From Lysobacterales bacterium (lineage in GTDB: Bacteria; Pseudomonadota; Gammaproteobacteria; Xanthomonadales; SZUA-5): DNA of 26,794 nt. The stretch lies in NCBI GenBank assembly GCA_022844165.1, contig JALHMH010000052.1:1-26794 (forward strand), read 5' to 3'. The notes below the pieces were generated by a model. The model saw only the letters and a list, made by a program, of their open reading frames with translations. It made no database searches and had not been told where the DNA came from. A program made the position numbers and the translations under genes. How positions within the stretch are numbered: the stretch's first letter is position 1; every line of letters begins with the position of its first letter. Below, piece after piece: positions 18,883 through 26,794 of this stretch.

Positions 18883-19832
18883 GCGACTTCATCGGCGCAA
18901 TCGAGCTCCTCGACCGCAGCGGCAATGCGCTGCACCGGGTGCGTGTGGAGCGCTTGCCATTCCGCATCGGCCGGGCGCTCGAAAACGACTTGATCCTGGA
19001 CGATGTTTATGTCAGCCCGCAGCATGCGGAAGTGCGCGACGAAAAAGGCCTTGTTCTCGTCGACCTTGGAAGCACAAACGGCTGCTTCGTTGAGCAGCAG
19101 CGCACCCAGCGCGTCGAGTTGTTCGGCCGTACCGAATTTCGCCTCGGTCACACGCAACTTCGCTTTCGGAGTGTCCAGGAGACGCTGCCAGCAACGCTCT
19201 TTGATCCGATTGCCAGTTCCCGAATCCACGCGCTGAACCGCGCGGTTTTGGCGGTGCCGATTGTCGCAATTGCATTGATGCTGTTCGCGATCGACGTCTG
19301 GCTCGCCAGTGCCGAAGCGCAGACCGCATTAAAGCTCTTGAGTGGCACACTCCCGGCGCTGTTGGTGCTGCTGATCTGGTCGTTGCTCTGGTCGCTCGTG
19401 AATCGAGTTGTGGGTCACCGGTTCAATTACCTGGGGCACCTCGCGGTGGCGACTTTGGGTTCCCTGTGCAGCACGTTGAGCGATGATCTTCTTGGACTGA
19501 TGCGTTTTGCCTTCTCACTCGACGACGCGCTCGGCCATGCGCCGGTTCTGATTGCTGCGATTGTCGTCACTGCTGTGGTATTCGGCCATTTGCGGTTGAT
19601 TTCGCGTGGCACGTCAAAGCGACTCTGGGTGCCGTCCGTGGCCGTAGGGCTTGCGTTTTCCGCGGTAACGCAACTGCCGGACACTGCCCGCGACGGTTTT
19701 GTTTCCGAGCCTGCGCTGGCGTTGGCGCTGCGGCAGCCGGTCTGGGCAGGTGCTGCACAGGACGTTGATACTTTTTTTGTGGACGCCAATGAGCTCGTCG
19801 ATAGCGTGGACGAGGCGGTAGATCAAGAGTGA
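18879..19832 (+). CDS. FHA-domain membrane protein
   Basis: FHA motifs IGR, VSPQHA, DLGSTNG, then about 5 hydrophobic segments; GTGA overlap with the protease gene, AGGAG RBS. Confidence 0.88.
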   Translation: MSDFIGAIELLDRSGNALHRVRVERLPFRIGRALENDLILDDVYVSPQHAEVRDEKGLVLVDLGSTNGCFVEQQRTQRVELFGRTEFRLGHTQLRFRSVQETLPATLFDPIASSRIHALNRAVLAVPIVAIALMLFAIDVWLASAEAQTALKLLSGTLPALLVLLIWSLLWSLVNRVVGHRFNYLGHLAVATLGSLCSTLSDDLLGLMRFAFSLDDALGHAPVLIAAIVVTAVVFGHLRLISRGTSKRLWVPSVAVGLAFSAVTQLPDTARDGFVSEPALALALRQPVWAGAAQDVDTFFVDANELVDSVDEAVDQE

Positions 19833-19896
19833 TGCGACACCACACGCTGATCGCAATTCGATAACATGCGTTGGTTGAGAACCTGGGGCCGAAAAG

Positions 19897-20643
19897 ATGA
19901 AAATTCTGGTTGGATTGAAGCGGGTGGTTGACTATACCGTGCGAGTGCAAGTCAAGCCGGATGGCTCTGGCGTTGCGATCGACGGTGTCAAAATGAGTGT
20001 CAATCCGTTCGATGAGATTGCCCTGGAAGAAGCACTGCGTCTGCGCGAAGCCGGGAAGGCGACAGAAGTCATTGTGGTCAGCATTGGGCCGGCGCTTGCG
20101 ATGCAGCAGCTCGATACCGGATTGGCGATGGGCGCAAACCGCGGCATCCTGGTGAAGAGCGACGCGCCGGTGCAGCCTTTGACTGCGGCCCGTGTGCTTC
20201 AGAAACTTGTCGAAAAAGAACAGCCCGGTCTGGTCATTCTGGGCAAGCAGGCGATCGACGACGACGCCAATCAAACCGGTCAGATGCTTGCCGCGCTGCT
20301 CGACAGGCCGCAGGCAACATTCGCCAGCAAAATCGAAGTGAATAGCAACACAGCGCGAGTGACGCGCGAAGTCGATGTCGGTCTTGAGACCATTGAAGTC
20401 GACTTGCCAGCGGTCATCACGGTGGACTTACGCCTGAACACGCCGCGCTTTATCAAACTTCCGGATATCGTCAAAGCAAAGAGCAAGCCGCGCGAAACGT
20501 TGGAACTGGCAGCGCTCGGTATCGACTCAGGCGATCATCTGCAAAGCACCCATTTTGCGCCACCGCCGAAGCGGCAAAAGGGCGTGATGGTCAAAGATGT
20601 GCCCGAGTTGGTCGCGGCGCTCAAGACCAAGGGACTACTCTAA
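19897..20643 (+). CDS. etfB: Electron transfer flavoprotein beta subunit
   Basis: MKILVGLKRVVD, NPFDEIALEEA, GKQAIDDD, DLRLNTPR. Confidence 0.97.
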   Translation: MKILVGLKRVVDYTVRVQVKPDGSGVAIDGVKMSVNPFDEIALEEALRLREAGKATEVIVVSIGPALAMQQLDTGLAMGANRGILVKSDAPVQPLTAARVLQKLVEKEQPGLVILGKQAIDDDANQTGQMLAALLDRPQATFASKIEVNSNTARVTREVDVGLETIEVDLPAVITVDLRLNTPRFIKLPDIVKAKSKPRETLELAALGIDSGDHLQSTHFAPPPKRQKGVMVKDVPELVAALKTKGLL

Positions 20644-20664
20644 GTTTCGTTTGCGAGGACGGAC

Positions 20665-21603
20665 ATGTCGAACATTTTGATCATCGCCGAACACTTGAAC
20701 GGCCAGCTCAACCAAAGCACAGCAAAATGCGTCAGTTGCGCCAGCAAGATTGTTGGTGCACAAATCGATGTTTTGGTACTGGCGGACGATCCGGCACCGA
20801 TCGCCGCTCAGGTCGCCGCCATTGCAGGCGTGGCGAAGGTCAAGACCATCGCTCATGCGGCTAACGCTCAGGCGATGGCTGCAATTTACACGCCGCAAAT
20901 ATTGGCGGTGGCGGCTGGCTATACCCATGTTTTCGGTCCATCGACCACCTTTGGTAAAGACCTGATGCCGCGTATCGCCGCGAAATTGGGTGTCAGCCAG
21001 GTCAGCGACGTGATGGCCGTGGACGACGCATATACCTTCAGACGACCGATCTATGCGGGAAACGCGATTGTCACGGTGAAGGCCCCAAGCGACCAGATCG
21101 TGGTCGCGACCGTGCGAACTGCATCGTTTCCCGCGGCCGGTGGTGGCGGTCGTGCAGCGGTTGAGGCCCTTGCAGTCCATACCGAGTTGCCGACGCACAC
21201 GCGTTTCGTTGGCTTGCAGCAGGGCGGAGGCGATCGCCCCGATCTGCAAACCGCGCGCATTGTCGTCAGCGGTGGCCGCGCGCTTGGCAGCGCCGACAAT
21301 TTCAAGCTGATCTACGATACTGCCGACAAACTCAAAGCTGGCGTCGGCGCTTCACGCGCAGCCGTCGATGCAGGCTACGCGCCGAACGATATGCAAGTGG
21401 GTCAAACCGGCAAGATTATTGCGCCCGAACTGTATGTCGCCGTGGGCATTTCTGGCGCCATCCAGCATCTTACCGGTATCAAGGATGCAGGCACGATTGT
21501 GGCGATCAACAAGGATGGCGAGGCGCCGATTTTTGAAGTTGCCGATATCGGACTGGTCGCCGATTTGTTCAAGGCGTTGCCGGAGTTGATGGCGGCAGTT
21601 TAG
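20665..21603 (+). CDS. etfA: Electron transfer flavoprotein alpha subunit
   Basis: [38 protein letters not shown]. Confidence 0.97.
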   Translation: MSNILIIAEHLNGQLNQSTAKCVSCASKIVGAQIDVLVLADDPAPIAAQVAAIAGVAKVKTIAHAANAQAMAAIYTPQILAVAAGYTHVFGPSTTFGKDLMPRIAAKLGVSQVSDVMAVDDAYTFRRPIYAGNAIVTVKAPSDQIVVATVRTASFPAAGGGGRAAVEALAVHTELPTHTRFVGLQQGGGDRPDLQTARIVVSGGRALGSADNFKLIYDTADKLKAGVGASRAAVDAGYAPNDMQVGQTGKIIAPELYVAVGISGAIQHLTGIKDAGTIVAINKDGEAPIFEVADIGLVADLFKALPELMAAV

Positions 21604-21824
21604 GCCTTGAATCAAATCTCGTCAGATTCGATGATTCGACAGCTTTGTTGCGCCAACAGAATCGAAGCGAGAAGCCGAGCCGCAGTACGCCCGGCGAAGA
21701 TCGCTCCATAGCGCGATGGTAACAGTGGCGCCAGAGTGCGCATCGCCTTCAGATCGATGCGTTTGGCCGGTCGCGATTCGTCAGCGCCGGCAAGCGCGTT
21801 GTATGCCCCACGGCCCCAATGCCT

Positions 21825-22067
21825 TCACGTGAATGCGCCGTCCTGAGGTTCAATGCTCAGCACCTGGCTGAACGGCGGTCCGCGCCATAGGGACTTTTCC
21901 AGAGACTCAAGCTGCTGCTCTGTACCCGAAACGCGCACTTCCACTCGACCATCCGCGAGGTTGGTTGCGCTTCCGACAATGCCGAGTGCCGCCATTTCGC
22001 GCCGCGAAAATGCGCGGTATCCGACACCCTGTACGCGCCCGCTGATGAAATAACGACGGGCAATCAT
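21825..22067 (-). CDS. acyP: Acylphosphatase
   Basis: GRVQGVGYR and NLADGRVEV signatures. Confidence 0.92.
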   Translation of the reverse strand: MIARRYFISGRVQGVGYRAFSRREMAALGIVGSATNLADGRVEVRVSGTEQQLESLEKSLWRGPPFSQVLSIEPQDGAFT

Positions 22068-22513
22068 GGGTCGGCGATGGCCGCTTCGATATCCGCACGC
22101 GTCACAGGGCCCAGAAACGACTTCGCCAGTTCTCCCTTCGGATTGATCAAGTGGGTCGTAGGAAGCCCTCTTGGCACTTTGAACGCGGTGGGCGGCGCAT
22201 AAACATCGACTTGCGCGATGGGGTAACTCACGGGGCGTTGTTTCAGAAATCGCTGAAGTTCGCTGGCTTCGGTGTCTTCGAATGCCAGACCAATCACGCT
22301 GACATCGTCGCGCTCGCGGTCGAGTTCATCCAGCTCCGGCATTTCCTTGATGCACGGTCCGCACCACGTTGCCCAGTAATTCACCACCACCCATTGGCCC
22401 TTCTGCGCCGACAGCTTGTAGTCGTTGCCATCCAGGGTTCTGACGACAAGATCGGCCGGCAGCGGTTCGGCGTTGGCAGCCGCACTCAGCAACAGTAGCA
22501 ATAACATTCGCAT
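22064..22513 (-). CDS. TlpA-family thiol-disulfide reductase, exported
   Basis: Signal peptide from ATG 22513, VVNYWATWCGPC, GLPTT cis-Pro motif. Confidence 0.92.
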   Translation of the reverse strand: MRMLLLLLLSAAANAEPLPADLVVRTLDGNDYKLSAQKGQWVVVNYWATWCGPCIKEMPELDELDRERDDVSVIGLAFEDTEASELQRFLKQRPVSYPIAQVDVYAPPTAFKVPRGLPTTHLINPKGELAKSFLGPVTRADIEAAIADP

Positions 22514-22535
22514 GGAAGTCTCCGATATCGACCGA

Positions 22536-23816
22536 TTAGACCGCCGATGCTGCCGTTTCCTTACTGTCGGAAACATGACGGGACTTCTTGAACAGCTCGA
22601 CAATCGCCATATCGAGCGCGCGTTCGGCAGCTGCGGCAGCCGCTTCGCAGACCGCCTCGATGCGGTCCTCGGCGCTCAGGTTCGAGGGTTGTTTTCCAGT
22701 GCTCAGTGGCAGCACAAAACTGCCATCGCGAAATAACGCGCGGACGCGGATCATGTCCGGGTCCCGACTCATCAGCCAGCTACCGATGTCGCTGCGCTGG
22801 ACGATACGTTGGCGCTCAAGAAACCCCAGCAGTCCCGCGATCGTCGCCTCGGGGACATCCGGCAAACTGGCCGCAATCTCTCCAACCGACAAGCCAATGC
22901 CCATGGACTGTGCCTCGCGCAGCTTCAGCAATAAACGAAGCATTGCCTTGAAGCGCTCCCGCTCCGGCAAATCCCGTTTGTCGGCTTCGGTAGCGAACGC
23001 ACCAAATGCGGCGGTCAGGGATGCGCCGATGAGTGCGATGACCCAGGAAATATAAATCCACAGCAAAAACACAGGGATGAAGGCGACAGCACCGTAGATC
23101 TGCTGGTACGTGGCAAATTGCGATACGAACCAGGCGAAACCACGTTTGGCAATCTCGAACGCTGCGGCAGAGAACAAACCACCGAGCACTGCATGGCGCA
23201 GTCGCACAGGGCAATTCGGTACGATCAGGTAGGCGAGCGTTGCTGCTGCGAAAACGATCAAAAATGGGAGCGTCGAAAGTAAGATGCCTTCGAGTTGCAT
23301 TCGTTGTGCAGCGTCGGCCAGAACTGGATAGGCCAATAGCGCAGAGCTGACAGCTAACGCAGCGCCAACCATGAGTGGGCCGAGGGTAAGCACGGTCCAG
23401 AACACCAGGAATCGTGCGATCGTCCTGCGATACTTCACGACGCGCCAAATGCGGTTGAACGCATGTTCAATGGATGTCATCAACAGCAAGCCACTGACAA
23501 ACAGTGCGATGGTTCCCACTGCCGTCAGATGCGAGGCCTTGGAAACAAACTCGCGGATGTAAGTTTCGACCTCCACACCCGACGCCGGAACGAAGTGGCG
23601 AAATGCGAATTGGGTGATCGTGTCGGAGAATCGAGAGAATTCCTGGAAGCTGGCGAACAAACTCAATACGACGGTAAACAGGGGGACCAGCGCAAACACC
23701 GTTGTGTACGATAAGGCTCCTGCGGCTTCGAAGCACTGATCGTCGTTGAAGCGTCGCGCCAGGAAACGCGCAAATGGCACGACTTGATTCTGAGCGAGTT
23801 GGCGCATGAAGTTCAT
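22536..23816 (-). CDS. yihY: YihY/BrkB-family inner membrane protein with C-terminal wHTH-like extension
   Basis: AGALSYTTVFALVP, IEHAFNRIW, YQQIYGAVA, LLWIYISW; multiple TM helices. Confidence 0.9.
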   Translation of the reverse strand: MNFMRQLAQNQVVPFARFLARRFNDDQCFEAAGALSYTTVFALVPLFTVVLSLFASFQEFSRFSDTITQFAFRHFVPASGVEVETYIREFVSKASHLTAVGTIALFVSGLLLMTSIEHAFNRIWRVVKYRRTIARFLVFWTVLTLGPLMVGAALAVSSALLAYPVLADAAQRMQLEGILLSTLPFLIVFAAATLAYLIVPNCPVRLRHAVLGGLFSAAAFEIAKRGFAWFVSQFATYQQIYGAVAFIPVFLLWIYISWVIALIGASLTAAFGAFATEADKRDLPERERFKAMLRLLLKLREAQSMGIGLSVGEIAASLPDVPEATIAGLLGFLERQRIVQRSDIGSWLMSRDPDMIRVRALFRDGSFVLPLSTGKQPSNLSAEDRIEAVCEAAAAAAERALDMAIVELFKKSRHVSDSKETAASAV

Positions 23817-23887
23817 GCGCGAACAATAGATCGGATTGGCAGGCCAGAACCAGCTGCGTTCCATGCTCGCAGCTGTGGATGTCCTGC

Positions 23888-24571
23888 CTACTGAATCAAG
23901 TTGACCTGGGTGATCGGTGTTCCGCTCAGAAGGCCAAAATGGCCTAAGATGAAGGTACTGCTGCCAATTTCGCCCGGGACTGTCGAGCTATGCACACCGC
24001 CAACGGTGCAAATGCCGGTGGCGCAAACAACTTGATCGCTCCAGGATTTGATCGAATACGAGCGTTGTCCAAAAACCTGGGTCTGTAAACTGCTGACGAA
24101 TGGACTGTTCACCGATAGTCCCCACGCGCCGCAAGTGCTCGTGGCGACATTGAATGGATAGGTGCCACAGGACCAAAGGCCGCGGAAGCCACCAGCAATG
24201 CCGACGAAGGTGTGCACAGCGCTGGCCAGGCCGAGCCTGCCGATCTGGCGAGCGGCCAGCGTGGCACCCATCGAATGGCCGATGACATCGATCTTGCCTG
24301 TGCACGAAGTGGCCTTGGCCTGTGTCAGGGCACTGGCGACCGGCGTCTCTTCGCTACCAAAATGATCGTTGCACGCGGCGCAGGTTTTGCTGCCCCAGCT
24401 CGGGCGGAAGATCTGGTTTGCGCTGTACCCGCGGTAGATGAGTTCGTTGTAGGTATTGTTAAAGTCGCTCGGATTGCCGGTGTTGCCGTGCACAAGCACG
24501 ACGCTATCCACACACGCCGAGTGCGCGGATGCGCAGGCGACCAGCGCGAAAGCTGCAAAAATAAGTTTCAT
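23888..24571 (-). CDS. Secreted small alpha/beta hydrolase (lipase class 2-like)
   Basis: GGGAGG RBS, signal peptide MKLIFAAFALVACASAHS, oxyanion VHGN, nucleophile GHSMG, late Asp (SDQV) and His (GHF). Confidence 0.85.
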   Translation of the reverse strand: MKLIFAAFALVACASAHSACVDSVVLVHGNTGNPSDFNNTYNELIYRGYSANQIFRPSWGSKTCAACNDHFGSEETPVASALTQAKATSCTGKIDVIGHSMGATLAARQIGRLGLASAVHTFVGIAGGFRGLWSCGTYPFNVATSTCGAWGLSVNSPFVSSLQTQVFGQRSYSIKSWSDQVVCATGICTVGGVHSSTVPGEIGSSTFILGHFGLLSGTPITQVNLIQ

Positions 24572-24755
24572 GACACCCTCCCAGGTTGAGGTTGTCAGCG
24601 TATTGGCACTTCGCCTCAGGCACCATTGTCCGTTAGGCCATGTCTTGCCATTCGTCGCTGGCTGTTCGAGAGAGGTCTGGTGGTTGCAACTCGCTCGCGT
24701 TGGGCGCACGCTAACGTTCCTGCCACGAGTCTGGCGAACGAGTGGCACGGAAGAG

Positions 24756-25000
24756 TAGAGTCCTTGACGGAGCGGGATCTGTACAGTTGAGTCAAATTTT
24801 CTACCAAAGCGGCTTTGGCTTTTGAAGCCCCCTTGAGTCAAGGGGGGTGAGGATCGGCGCTTACACGCCGCAAGGCGTGTGCCGAGCCGAACGACCGGCG
24901 GCTGTGCCGCCGGGCCGGAAATGCGAAGTGCGGGGTTGTGGCGAGTACGCTGTCGAACGAAGCCAGCAATGCTCGGCGGTCTGAGGCGAAGCCTCGCTAG
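24756..25000 (+). repeat. Dispersed hairpin-rich intergenic repeat, copy B
   Basis: Starts TAGAGTCCTTGACGGAG as in copy A and is highly similar through GAGGCGAAGCCTCG. Confidence 0.9.
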
Positions 25001-25053
25001 TTTTGATGCGACGATCTCACACGCAAAACGCCTGAAATTACAGGGAGGGGACG

Positions 25054-25377
25054 ATGCGTTGGATAGGGTTTGTAATGGCGATCGGCTTGGTAGGTTGCGG
25101 TGGCGGAGACCGCGATGCCGTTCGTTTGTGCGTTGAGGAAGCCAAACAGCGGCTGGCTGGGCAGGTCTACAAAATCGACGAGCCGGCACTTGCAAAGAGC
25201 CAGACATCTGAGGCGGACGGGACTTTGACTTTCAGCGGCGATTTGGTTCTTAAGCCCGGTACCAGTGCCGAAGAAAAACAGACCTTTATTTGCACCGTTG
25301 CGCCCGCTGCTGGAGAATCGCCGGCCCGTGTGCTCAATTTTCAGGTACGCTGGTCTGGATCCGGGTTGACCAATTGA
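25054..25377 (+). CDS. Small hypothetical lipoprotein
   Basis: GGAGG RBS, hydrophobic N-terminus with lipobox LVG-C, two further Cys. Confidence 0.75.
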   Translation: MRWIGFVMAIGLVGCGGGDRDAVRLCVEEAKQRLAGQVYKIDEPALAKSQTSEADGTLTFSGDLVLKPGTSAEEKQTFICTVAPAAGESPARVLNFQVRWSGSGLTN

Positions 25378-25381
25378 TGGT

Positions 25382-25969
25382 GTGCTAATCGCTCTCAACA
25401 AACCCTATCAGGTGCTTTCGCAGTTCACCGACGCTGGTGGTCGACGCGCGCTTGCTGAGTTCGTCGATGTCAAAAATGTCTACCCGGCCGGGCGCCTGGA
25501 TTTCGATTCCGAGGGTCTGTTGCTGTTGACCGATGAGGCGCCATTGGCGCACTTGTTGACCTCAAAGCGGGCAATCGAAAAAACGTATCTGGTCCAGGTC
25601 GACGGCGCTGTCACTGATGCAGCGCTTGACCAACTCCGTTCCGGTCTTCGTTTGAACGATGGTCCTGCTCGCGCGCTCAGTGCTGAGCAGCGATCTGCTC
25701 CCGAGTGGCTTTGGCCGAGGCATCCGGCGATTCGTTTTCGCGCTTCCATTCCAACGTCGTGGATCGAAATTCGCATTGATGAGGGGCGCAACCGCCAGGT
25801 GCGGCGAATGACGGCGGCGGTCGGTTTTCCAACATTACGCTTGATAAGAACGCTCGTGGGTGGCGTGGGGCTTGGGAACCTCGCACCAGGCACTTGGCGC
25901 GTTCTCAGCCGAGCGGAGTCACTGTTGGTGTCGCCGCTCAGAGTTTTCGGAGGACGCCGATGTTCTTGA
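25382..25969 (+). CDS. rluE: rRNA pseudouridine synthase, RsuA family (RluE-like, no S4 domain)
   Basis: NKPYQVLSQF, GRLDFDSEGLLLLT, EGRNRQVRRM, GFPTLRLIR. Confidence 0.88.
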   Translation: MLIALNKPYQVLSQFTDAGGRRALAEFVDVKNVYPAGRLDFDSEGLLLLTDEAPLAHLLTSKRAIEKTYLVQVDGAVTDAALDQLRSGLRLNDGPARALSAEQRSAPEWLWPRHPAIRFRASIPTSWIEIRIDEGRNRQVRRMTAAVGFPTLRLIRTLVGGVGLGNLAPGTWRVLSRAESLLVSPLRVFGGRRCS

Positions 25970-26430
25970 GGAGCATCGCACTCATGCTCGTCGTTGCGTT
26001 GCTCGGTGCTTGCGCAGCGGCGCCACGAGGTGCGCCGGCCGGCCGCAACCACGACGTCGCTTTTCGTGCACTGGGCTTGGTTGGCACGCCCTACGTTCGC
26101 GCTGGCGCCAGCCCGGCGCAAGGGTTCGACTGCTCCGGGTTCGTGCAGTTCGTTTATCGCGACGCACGTGGGATTGGATTGCCGCGCACAACGCGAGAGC
26201 AGTTGGATTTCGCGGGAGACAAGGTGTCTCGCCAGGCACTCAGAACCGGTGATCTGGTGTTCTTCGATACGAGCGGTCAGGGCGTATCTCATGTCGGAAT
26301 TTACGTTGGTGAGGGACGCTTCGTACATGCGCCCAACCACGGCGGGCGAGTACGCCTTGACCAACTCGAGAATCGCTACTGGGCGAGGCGCTTTGTTGGC
26401 GCCCGCCGTGTGGAACGCTGGGCCGATTGA
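25960..26430 (+). CDS. NlpC/P60 (C40) peptidoglycan endopeptidase lipoprotein
   Basis: GGAGG RBS, lipobox LGA-C, GTPY, GFDCSG, GDLVFF, HVGIY, FVHA. Confidence 0.92.
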   Translation: MFLRSIALMLVVALLGACAAAPRGAPAGRNHDVAFRALGLVGTPYVRAGASPAQGFDCSGFVQFVYRDARGIGLPRTTREQLDFAGDKVSRQALRTGDLVFFDTSGQGVSHVGIYVGEGRFVHAPNHGGRVRLDQLENRYWARRFVGARRVERWAD

Positions 26431-26510
26431 TCCGCCATAGAAGCGCTATGGCTGTGGTTTGAGCCTTGCCCTGAACAAAGACCCATCGGTTTTGTAAGCC
26501 TCGTTCCTTA

Positions 26511-26736
26511 GAAGCAGCTTTGGCTTTTGCAGCCCCTTAAGTTCAGGTAAGACTCGGCGCGGACACGCCGCAGCCGTGAGCCGAGTCGAACGCCCGGCGG
26601 CTGCGCCGCCGGGCAGGACATACGAAGCGTGGGTTGTGGCAAGTACGGTGTGGGGGCGAAGCCAACAATGCTCGGCGGTCTGAGGCGAAGCCTCGCTAGT
26701 GTGGTGTCCCAAAAATAACTTGAACTATTTGTGGCG
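26511..26736 (+). repeat. Dispersed hairpin-rich intergenic repeat, copy C (more diverged)
   Basis: GAAGCAGCTTTGGCTTTTGCAGCCCCTTAAGT ... GGTCTGAGGCGAAGCCTCGCTAGTGTGGTGTCCC matches copy A. Confidence 0.85.
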
Positions 26737-26794
26737 AGGTTTGTCTTTGTAGAGTACCTCACAGAGACTCTCGCGATGCGCAAGAAAGGGCGGC

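Noticed and set aside
21604-21824. Small gene or terminator between convergent etfA and acyP
   Set aside because: No credible ORF or strong hairpin with a U-tract found by eye.
24572-25207. 212-aa N-terminal extension of the lipase ORF
   Set aside because: It crosses repeat copy B and overlaps the opposite-strand lipoprotein; RBS and signal peptide fix the start at 24571.

Overview
GC-rich bacterial chromosome segment. Gene content and order (hupB-tRNA-Val-tRNA-Asp-ppiD; yihY-TlpA-acyP) suggest a Xanthomonadales-like gammaproteobacterium, which is an inference. The left ~10.5 kb is accessory or DNA-damage related. A DUF1998 DEAH helicase (YprA/MrfA/Hrq1 type) lies divergent from lexA-dnaE2, with GTTC-N7-GTTC-type boxes between them and a 218-bp REP-doublet hairpin where imuA-imuB normally sit. 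Next come a NYN-domain nuclease preceded by a promoter, a short structured leader and a terminator, then a MoxR-like AAA+ ATPase and an uncharacterised protein. The rest is mostly housekeeping: grpE-dnaK-dnaJ, hupB, two tRNAs, ppiD, an S1 protease plus FHA membrane protein, etfBA, acyP, TlpA, yihY, a secreted lipase-like hydrolase, a small lipoprotein, an RluE-like pseudouridine synthase and an NlpC/P60 lipoprotein. A hairpin-rich dispersed repeat of up to ~240 bp recurs at four intergenic loci. All calls are by eye from motifs; no database searches were run.
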